DNA from: Candidatus Hydrothermarchaeales archaeon
GTDB lineage: Archaea > Hydrothermarchaeota > Hydrothermarchaeia > Hydrothermarchaeales > JAZGAD01
DNA length: 14,256 bases
Direction: 5' to 3'
Assembly: GCA_036444275.1 (NCBI GenBank)
Contig: JAZGAD010000058.1
Coordinates: 1-14,256 of the forward strand
The position numbers were made by a program, and so were the translations under genes. The notes beneath the pieces are model-generated. The model made no database searches. It had not been told where the DNA came from and saw only the letters and a program-made list of their open reading frames with translations. Of the stretch, positions 7,474 through 14,256 are shown piece after piece; the stretch's first letter is position 1; each line of letters opens with the position of its first letter.

Positions 7474-8319
7474 TCACACGCCCATCAAAATTGCTATGGA
7501 GTTGTGTATACCGTGGGGCAAACCGAGGACGAGGATGGCGAACTTGCCCAGCCAGTACCAGTTTGTCTCTCTGTCGTCTTCAAGAGAGTATAGCACCACG
7601 AGCACAAGAGCAACGTTAAAGATAAGGTAGAGATATGGCGAGGAGCTGAGCATCGCCTCTGTAAGCATCTGCTCTCCCCTATAGCCAAGGAGCGTTGCGC
7701 CGAGAGTAGCAGAGCTTGCCATGAGCATGATGCCGAAGATTATCAGGGCGTTTTCCGCGGTGTAAAGTCCCTTTATCCTTTTGGTGCCCAGGAGGATAAT
7801 GCCCGAGAGGATGACAGCGAAGACCCAGACCAAGGCGAATACCTCTGCATTTAGTGCGAGAGGCTGTCCCATGAAAATATTCCTTGCACCGCCTGATAAA
7901 ACCTCCGCAACCTTGGAAAGCACCAGGACTAAGCCCAATGCTGCGAGGGCACTCCCCATGCGAAATAGGGGACGGTCGTATTCCTTCCCGGCCATCCTCC
8001 GGCTGAGCCACAGGCATGCTGCGGCGATGGTGGTTAACATTATGTACAACCCCGGGGTCACGAGGTAGGCATGTACCCCTTGTCCCGTCGCCCGGTAGTA
8101 GGACTCAATCCCCCTAAGTTCGCCGCCCAGCACTAGAAATGGGACCAAGGCACGGAACAGCCTTGCGTCTATTTTTACCTCCAGGCGCTCCAAGAACCTC
8201 TCCACTCCGTACAGGCCGAGTAGCAAGAGCGCAGCATAGACGAGGGTGTTGTATATGTTGTAGCCCTCGCCGGTGTAAATTGGCTTTATGAAGTACTTGT
8301 ATAGGAATTCGCTTACCAT
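7474..8319 (-). CDS. DUF63 family archaeal membrane protein (divergent)
   Basis: N-terminal FLYKYFIKPI...GYNIYNTLVYA, ALVPFLVLGG.LR and LVTPGLY, plus C-terminal K.AILVLGL. Confidence 0.8.
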   Translation of the reverse strand: MVSEFLYKYFIKPIYTGEGYNIYNTLVYAALLLLGLYGVERFLERLEVKIDARLFRALVPFLVLGGELRGIESYYRATGQGVHAYLVTPGLYIMLTTIAAACLWLSRRMAGKEYDRPLFRMGSALAALGLVLVLSKVAEVLSGGARNIFMGQPLALNAEVFALVWVFAVILSGIILLGTKRIKGLYTAENALIIFGIMLMASSATLGATLLGYRGEQMLTEAMLSSSPYLYLIFNVALVLVVLYSLEDDRETNWYWLGKFAILVLGLPHGIHNSIAILMGV

Positions 8320-8389
8320 GCCTATATCGCCTCATCATATCTGAGGGGGATTCACAACCTAGTTACAATAGCTTGCCATCAATACTATT

Positions 8390-8743
8390 TGTACTATGAC
8401 AACACATCTGTCCGCTTTTGTTGTCAGCACATGTGTCCTACTGTAAAACCTCCACCTCCTTGAAATACCTTTCTTTGGGTACGATCCAACCTATTCCGCC
8501 GTGTCTTCTCACCTTGTTGTAGTTTCCCTGGACTCTACTCAACTCCAGCTGGGTATGATCCAGGTCTGACAACACAACCGGGCTTATTAGCTCCCAGTAC
8601 ATGATTTTGAAGAATGCTTCGATTTTCCCCTTGGCCTTGGGATTGTATGGTCCTCTTACGATGAGCTTAATCTCGTTCGCCTCATAGAACTTGTGGAAAG
8701 CTTTAACGATAAACTGCCTACCGTTGTCAACGTACAATGCCAA
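8390..8743 (-). mobile_element. Truncated IS481-like element: right end plus 3' part of transposase
   Basis: Terminal TGT at 8390 followed by subterminal imperfect repeats next to the transposase stop codon; no left end visible. Confidence 0.65.
8438..8743 (-). pseudogene. DDE (rve/integrase core) transposase C-terminal fragment
   Basis: YVDNGRQF, PYNPKAKGKIEAFFK and YNKVRRHGGIG. The N-terminal HTH and first catalytic Asp are absent. Confidence 0.85.
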
Positions 8744-8820
8744 TCTGATTGATAGAGTTCCCCTATCTCGATTATACGAGCATGCAACGTCGCTTAAAAG
8801 AGGTTTTAGTAGATATCCAA

Positions 8821-8866
8821 CATTTTGGAGAGATTTGGGAGGAATTTGGGAAAAAGTAGATTAAAT
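8821..8866 (+). promoter_or_regulatory. Triple 11-bp-period repeat followed by BRE/TATA-like element
   Basis: CATTTTGGA (8821), GATTTGGGA (8832), AATTTGGGA (8843), then AAAAG TAGATTAAAT, 20 bp before ATG 8887. Confidence 0.55.
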
Positions 8867-8886
8867 CCAACCCAGAGCTTTCTGGC

Positions 8887-9168
8887 ATGCTGCACGAAAT
8901 CCATGTAGCCGCGGCCATTGGAAACATCGTCCTTTTATTTGCATTAATCTACGTATTTATTCACAGTTATAGAGAAACAAGATCATGGTTCGCTTTGGGT
9001 CTTGTGACATTTACTTTGGTTTTAGGGTTTAGTGCTGTTATTTCTTGGCCGATATTCATCTCCTTTTTCATTGGGACCCAAAAATGTCCAATCGAGTTCT
9101 TTTACACTGCTGCATCAGTATTCGAGTTCTTTGCCCTTTCCCTGTTATTGATTCTAGTTTGGAGGTAG
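8887..9168 (+). CDS. Small 3-TM archaeal hypothetical membrane protein
   Basis: Three hydrophobic helices; NIVLLFALIYVF..SYRETRS.FALGL pattern. Probably leaderless given the TATA spacing. Confidence 0.7.
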   Translation: MLHEIHVAAAIGNIVLLFALIYVFIHSYRETRSWFALGLVTFTLVLGFSAVISWPIFISFFIGTQKCPIEFFYTAASVFEFFALSLLLILVWR

Positions 9169-9289
9169 GAAACATCTTGGAGACCCTTGGATATATCTTT
9201 ATAAGACATGTCGATATTAAACTATCTGGTGTACGTATGAAAACTAAACAGGCGATTGCAACTATGTGTAATTATCTGGAGATTGGATC

Positions 9290-9757
9290 ATGAAAACGAA
9301 AAAAGTCTTGACGATTATCGCGCTTATCGCGCTTCTCTCCTTTGTGTATTATGCAGTAAATGTCACTCCAGTCATTAGCGATCAAAACTACACTTACCTA
9401 AGTGGATTCACATGGTATAATTCTTACGAGAAAGGTGCAGTGGTAGCTAAAGAACTGAATAAGCCCATGTTCGTCTACTTCTGGACTATCTGGTGTACTT
9501 ACTGCGAGAAGATGCAGGTCGAAGTATTTCCTTATGAGCCGACTGCAAAGATCATGAGGGAGGACTTCGTCCTCATCGCCGTGGATATGGACGTCAATAG
9601 AGAGGATGCAAACAGATTTAAAGTTCAGGCGCCTCCATACGAGCTTTTTCTTACGCCAGAAGGAGAGAGGATAACGGCGATCCCGGGTTATGTGCCCGAG
9701 GAGGAATTTTACAGGGTAATTAAAGAAATTAGAGACTTTTATTATGGTGGTAAATAA
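9290..9757 (+). CDS. Membrane-anchored extracytoplasmic thioredoxin-fold protein (SoxW-like; probable CcmG/ResA functional analogue)
   Basis: N-terminal TM helix, KPMFVYFWTIWCTYCEKM and IPGYVP. Its stop codon overlaps the start of the next gene (TAATG). Confidence 0.88.
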   Translation: MKTKKVLTIIALIALLSFVYYAVNVTPVISDQNYTYLSGFTWYNSYEKGAVVAKELNKPMFVYFWTIWCTYCEKMQVEVFPYEPTAKIMREDFVLIAVDMDVNREDANRFKVQAPPYELFLTPEGERITAIPGYVPEEEFYRVIKEIRDFYYGGK

Positions 9758-12700
9758 TGGTCCTTGGAGACACAGTACTTTATATAAGCGTAGGCCTGGC
9801 GTTGGCCGTATTTCTGGCCTTAATATACGGACAGAAAAAAAAGGTAGATACGTTCGACTGGCATATAAAATGGCTCATTAGGGTGTTTTCGGCCCTGCTT
9901 TTCTTTGATTTTGTTTTACTCTCTTATTACTTCGCAAAAAGCAACTTCACGATCAACTATGTGTGGGCGTTTTCGAGTAAGCATTACCCAATCTATTATA
10001 GGTTATCCGGGGCCCTTGCAGGGCAGCAAGGCACCCTCCTTTTCTGGGCAGCTCTCATTGCCATAGGCAGCCTGTGGCTCAACGAAACCAAAGGGAGCAC
10101 CTCCGATTTCGTAAAGAAGAGCCAGATTATAGTTGTTTTTCTAGTAGCATATTTTGCATTCTTGACTCTGCTTGATTCTCCATTCAAGACGATTTATCAG
10201 GTGGCTTCAGACCTGCCCGCAGGATTCGTACCCCTAGACGGCAATGGTCTAAATCCCCTCCTACTTGACCCCTGGATGGCCCTCCATCCATTCACCACCT
10301 TCTTGGCCTATGCCGGGACCACTATACCCCTCGCAGGCGCTATTGTATATCTTCTCAATACCTTTAGAGGAGTGGGTGAAAAGGTAGAAGATAGGATGTG
10401 GGTGTCCAAGGGCATGCAGTGGCTTCGCGTCTCTTGGCTATTCGCTACGATGTCCATGGCCATGGGGGGTTTGTGGGCCTACAAATCTCTCGGCTGGGGG
10501 GGCTTCTGGGCCTGGGACCCAGTAGAGACAGCAATGTTCCTCCCTTGGTTGATGCTCACCGCTGCTATTCATACAGTCGTGGAGCACAGGAGGGACAGGG
10601 AAAAATACAACATCCTCGCCCCAATCTTGGTCTCCTTCTCCTTCGCCCTTGTGATATATGCCACCATGGTGACAAGGAGCGGGATTTTTGAATCCGTACA
10701 CTCATTTATCGCAGGCGATGTAGGAAAATACATCATAGTGCTGACAGCAGTCTCCTTTGCCATACCTTTAGTATTGGGCGTGATAAAATATCTAAAAACA
10801 GAAACCTTGGAAAGAGAAGAAGAGTCAATAGTGAATAGGACAAATATCTTCTACGCCGCGATACTGGTCTTCTTGATAATGACGTTCATCCCGTTTTTCG
10901 GGGTAACATACCCGCCCATCATCAAGCTGTTGACCACAAAGAAACACGCGGTCACCGCACAGTTCTTCAACATCTGGATTTATCCATTCTTTATCCTGAT
11001 GCTGCTTTTGATAGGCCTCGGCCTCCAGTACAGGCCTTCCAACAGAAAGCGCGCAGTATCCGACTTCCTCCTCTTCTCTGGTCTTACAGTCGTTGTAAGT
11101 TTAATAAAACCCAACGAATATTTCAACATCGTTGATTACACCGCGATAGTCGGTCCTTCAAAGCCTTTGCTCTATCGTATCATAGGCTCTATCTCTGCCC
11201 TCACCGTTGTACCCCCTTCTATATACATCGTTTATGTAGCGGTGGATAGATGGAAATCAAGGATCTCTCCGTTTACCACGCGAAACTCCAAGATCAAGGA
11301 ACTGGGAATCCTCACGATCCACATAGGGGTTGTATTGGTAAGCCTCGGGATAGTATTTGCCAGCCTTTTCGGCTCAAATTTCTCGGTGACTTTAAATGTC
11401 AACGATATAGGGAAGATAACGAACATTGCTCCGGCCCAAGTGCACGAAGGGTTCGGGAGGCTCGGGACATGGGGTGTGCACGAAGGCGAGGGAACGAGCC
11501 CCTACTCCGTCCAGCTGCTGGATTACAAAGAGATTGAAGACTACGGCGCTGGAGAAAAAGAGGAGAGAGCCCCTCCTCCCGGGATCGGTATATCGGAATT
11601 CTACAACGAATTGGCAACCGGCAATTTTAAAGATACATACACCGTTCGAGGCTTCATCGGCGATGCCATAAACGTCGGCAAATATACCTACATCAAGCTC
11701 GTTGAAGGTGAAAAGGAGCTGTGGCTCGCCATTGGTGGACCGGAGGTTCGTAGAAATATCAATATAGTGGCAACTGGTTCGGCTATGTTCAACTTTCTAA
11801 GCCCCTCCCTCAATAGGACCTTTGATGTAATAATCTTCTCAAATCATTTGGAAGAATATCGGCCTGATGCTGGCGGTAGTCCATACAAGACCACTCAGCA
11901 GGTGAAACTCGCTATTTATAAACATAATGGAAAGATAGGGGAAGGCGTCGCAAAGCTTGAAACCTACGAAAATGGTGACGCGAGGAGGGCGCTAATCGAT
12001 ATGAGCCTTGTAAGGGACGTCTTCGTGATATTCGATGGCCTTGGGCCTGGGGGCGCAATACCGTTGACGGTGAAATTAAAACCCCTTATGAATGAGATCT
12101 GGCTTGGTGTAATGCTCTTCATCGCGGGCATTCTCATGACCATCTTTACGGATGCGAAGGGCTTTGCCGACCTCAAACAGGAGATAGTGTTCCAAGACCT
12201 TTGCTGTGGCTGTGGCGGTTGCGCAGCAGTATGCCCGGAGAAGGCAGTGAGGGTGGATGAGTTCCCAAAGCTCATTGGGGAATGCACGGACTGTAGCTAT
12301 TGCCTCCTTCAATGCCCCCGCAGGTCCTTTGATCCAAAAGGAGTGGAGAAAAAGATTCACGGCGAAGTGAGCAAAGACCTGCTCGGCCATACTGAGGTGA
12401 GGGTAGGAGCAAGGGGCACAGATCCAGATATACGAAAAGGTGCTCAGGACGGGGCCTTCGTAACCACCTTATTAAAATATGCATTGGAGAAAGGCATCAT
12501 CGACGGCGCATTAGTTGCGGGTTCTGCAAAGGACTGGAGGCCCATGCCCATGCTCGTTACCTCTCCAGAGCAACTCGCAAAGACGGCTGGATCGAAGTAC
12601 ACCAATAGTTCGAATCTCTCGCCCCTTCTAAAGGCCAAGGAGAAGGGATTGAATAAGTTGGCCTTGGTAGGATTACCCTGCCAGATAGAGGGGCTGAAGA

Positions 12701-13254
12701 AGATGCAGCACTGCCCCATTGAAGACGTGGACCTCAAGGATAGGGTTGAATTCACAGTTGCCCTGTTCTGCAATGGTAGCTTCCTCTACGACGGGCTGAT
12801 GAGGGACCTCATCCAGAAGGAGTACTCCATTAACCTCAAAAAGATCAAGAAGATCAATATAAAGGGGAAAAACGTTATCGTCACCACAGACAAAGGAGAG
12901 GTAAAAATACCCCTGGAAAAGGCCAATGAGCACGAACGAGAAGGATGCAAAGTATGTCACGACTTCACCTCTCGCTTATCCGATTTCTCGGCTGGCTCTG
13001 TGGGTACCCCCGACGGATACACTACCGTCCTCGCCAGGACAAAGAAGGCAGCCGCTTTGTTGTACAAAATGGAGGAGGAAGGGGTGATAGAGACGATTAA
13101 AAATATAGACGCCAGTGCAATAGAGAGACTGCAGAAAGCCAAGGGGAGGAGAGCTGTTGAGATGGTCGAAAAAAGGATGAAGGAAGGAGCCCCCCTAGCC
13201 ATAAAAATACCCCAACTTCTAGAGGAACAGTATGAAATTAAAAATCTTGATTGA
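9757..13254 (+). CDS. ccmF: Cytochrome c heme lyase CcmF fused to a 2x[4Fe-4S] ferredoxin and F420 hydrogenase/dehydrogenase beta (FrhB/FpoF-like) domain
   Basis: aa ~1-800: QQGTLLFW, GNGLNPLL, ALHP, WWD motif WGGFWAWDPVETA, AAIH, TRSG...SVHSF, IHIGV and VKLKPLMNEIWLG. aa ~802-1165: CCGCGGCAAVCP, CTDCSYCLLQCPR, AQDG, GSKY, VGLPCQ, ALFC and CKVCHDF...SAGSVG.PDGY. Confidence 0.92.
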   Translation: MVLGDTVLYISVGLALAVFLALIYGQKKKVDTFDWHIKWLIRVFSALLFFDFVLLSYYFAKSNFTINYVWAFSSKHYPIYYRLSGALAGQQGTLLFWAALIAIGSLWLNETKGSTSDFVKKSQIIVVFLVAYFAFLTLLDSPFKTIYQVASDLPAGFVPLDGNGLNPLLLDPWMALHPFTTFLAYAGTTIPLAGAIVYLLNTFRGVGEKVEDRMWVSKGMQWLRVSWLFATMSMAMGGLWAYKSLGWGGFWAWDPVETAMFLPWLMLTAAIHTVVEHRRDREKYNILAPILVSFSFALVIYATMVTRSGIFESVHSFIAGDVGKYIIVLTAVSFAIPLVLGVIKYLKTETLEREEESIVNRTNIFYAAILVFLIMTFIPFFGVTYPPIIKLLTTKKHAVTAQFFNIWIYPFFILMLLLIGLGLQYRPSNRKRAVSDFLLFSGLTVVVSLIKPNEYFNIVDYTAIVGPSKPLLYRIIGSISALTVVPPSIYIVYVAVDRWKSRISPFTTRNSKIKELGILTIHIGVVLVSLGIVFASLFGSNFSVTLNVNDIGKITNIAPAQVHEGFGRLGTWGVHEGEGTSPYSVQLLDYKEIEDYGAGEKEERAPPPGIGISEFYNELATGNFKDTYTVRGFIGDAINVGKYTYIKLVEGEKELWLAIGGPEVRRNINIVATGSAMFNFLSPSLNRTFDVIIFSNHLEEYRPDAGGSPYKTTQQVKLAIYKHNGKIGEGVAKLETYENGDARRALIDMSLVRDVFVIFDGLGPGGAIPLTVKLKPLMNEIWLGVMLFIAGILMTIFTDAKGFADLKQEIVFQDLCCGCGGCAAVCPEKAVRVDEFPKLIGECTDCSYCLLQCPRRSFDPKGVEKKIHGEVSKDLLGHTEVRVGARGTDPDIRKGAQDGAFVTTLLKYALEKGIIDGALVAGSAKDWRPMPMLVTSPEQLAKTAGSKYTNSSNLSPLLKAKEKGLNKLALVGLPCQIEGLKKMQHCPIEDVDLKDRVEFTVALFCNGSFLYDGLMRDLIQKEYSINLKKIKKINIKGKNVIVTTDKGEVKIPLEKANEHEREGCKVCHDFTSRLSDFSAGSVGTPDGYTTVLARTKKAAALLYKMEEEGVIETIKNIDASAIERLQKAKGRRAVEMVEKRMKEGAPLAIKIPQLLEEQYEIKNLD

Positions 13255-13275
13255 AACTCACGGAGGAAAACATCG

Positions 13276-14001
13276 ATGATAGAACCCACATTGATTTTGG
13301 CATTTTTGTCAGGGGTCTTGACGGTGGCTACACCCTGCATAATCCCCATCCTACCTCCAATGCTCGCAGGCTCTATCGGGCATAGGTTGAGACCTTTGTT
13401 CATAGTTCTGGGTAGCTCTGTCACTTTCACCCTGATGGGTGGTCTCTTCTCCCTTATAGGAATTGCATCCGGAGTGAGTGGTGAGACGCTAAGATTCCTT
13501 TTTATAGCAGCCATCATCGCCTTCGGTGCGGTCATGGTGGACGATGAAATAAACGAGGTCTACGTGAGATACTCCTCAAAACTCACCAACAGGTTGTATC
13601 ACGCTCTGCACAGAAGAGGTAATATCTCAGTGGATGAACATCCTCTACTCAGCGCCTTCATCTTAGGCATGGCCCTAGGCATAGTCTGGATACCCTGTGT
13701 TGGTCCAATACTCGGCTCCGTACTGGCGTACGCCACGATGCAGGGGAATCTTGCCGGTGGTTCATTATTACTCCTCGCATATGCAGTTGGGCTTGGAATC
13801 CCTATGCTTGCAATAGCCTATGGTGGAAAATACACTTCAGAGAAGATCGAATGGACAAAGAGGAATTCATACTTGATAAAAAGGATTGCCGGCTGGGTTT
13901 TGATACTGACTGGAGTTGCCATGATATTCGGAATAGATAAATTTTTGCAGCAGAGTCTTCTCCCTTACTTCCCCGAGTTGGAAACAAGATTGTTACTTTA
14001 G
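13276..14001 (+). CDS. ccdA: Cytochrome c biogenesis protein CcdA
   Basis: AFLSGVLTVATPCIIPILP and GIVWIPCVGPILGSVL motifs, six TM helices, GGAGG RBS. Confidence 0.93.
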   Translation: MIEPTLILAFLSGVLTVATPCIIPILPPMLAGSIGHRLRPLFIVLGSSVTFTLMGGLFSLIGIASGVSGETLRFLFIAAIIAFGAVMVDDEINEVYVRYSSKLTNRLYHALHRRGNISVDEHPLLSAFILGMALGIVWIPCVGPILGSVLAYATMQGNLAGGSLLLLAYAVGLGIPMLAIAYGGKYTSEKIEWTKRNSYLIKRIAGWVLILTGVAMIFGIDKFLQQSLLPYFPELETRLLL

Positions 14002-14099
14002 AAAGGGCTAGTAGTTGAGGAAAACATCAAAATTACTGAGGCATGATAAAGATCAAACCTGGCATCAAACCTAGGTAAACCGTAGCGACCGTTTTGCGT

Positions 14100-14256
14100 A
14101 TATCTGAAGTCGTCGAAGGCAATTTTGGAACTCGGCTGGCAGATAGCGGAAGAATCTGCAAATGTGATAAGGGCATCTACACTAGGACACTATATGGTCG
14201 TGGGGTGAAGATGTGGAGGTTCGCGTTTCTTCCCAAGCTAATAAAATCCATGTTTC
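14100..14256 (+). pseudogene. Possible frameshifted gene remnant
   Basis: One frame reads KAILELGWQIAEESANVIRAST and another continues IWSWGEDVEVRVSSQANKIHV. The sequence is protein-like but has no clean start. Confidence 0.3.

Noticed and set aside
9045-9293. 82-aa ORF, and a duplicated ATGAAAAC.AAA start at 9238 and 9290
   Set aside because: It overlaps the 3-TM gene out of frame and spans a likely promoter; the duplication is too short to interpret.
12946-12960. CKVCH in the fusion protein as a c-type heme site
   Set aside because: It coincides with the FrhB CxxCxDF Fe-S ligand motif in a domain predicted to be cytoplasmic.
471-13987. Numerous antisense and out-of-frame ORFs in the track (e.g. 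471..797, 3145..3624, 12957..13535)
   Set aside because: Shadow ORFs overlapping well-supported genes, with no motifs of their own.
1-14256. CRISPR array, tRNA or rRNA genes
   Set aside because: No regularly spaced repeat-spacer units or RNA-gene signatures were seen in the intergenic regions.

Overview
Archaeal-looking window: it has GGAGGTGA/GGTGA ribosome-binding sites, BRE/TATA-like promoters, a DUF63 gene and an F420-type FrhB domain. The exact lineage cannot be determined from the sequence. It reads as a copper/thiol-redox and cytochrome c maturation island. Left: a divergent PadR regulator, then an operon with a CcdA-like protein carrying a Cys-rich loop, a membrane-anchored monoheme cytochrome c, a small membrane peptide, a thioredoxin, a CopZ-like chaperone and a geranylgeranyl-reductase-family flavoprotein. 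Middle: an exported hypothetical protein, a DUF2933-like protein, a His-ringed YVTN beta-propeller lipoprotein, an ICMT-family membrane methyltransferase, a divergent DUF63 protein and an IS481-like remnant. Right: an operon of an exported thioredoxin, a 1165-aa CcmF fusion and CcdA. The main finding is that fusion. A full-length CcmF heme lyase, with an NrfJ-like insert in its external domain, is joined in frame to a 2x[4Fe-4S] ferredoxin plus FrhB/FpoF-type F420H2-oxidising domain. This suggests a holocytochrome c synthase wired directly to F420H2 or ferredoxin. Two recurring regulatory motifs link the parts of the island. All family calls come from motif recognition by eye; no database searches were run.
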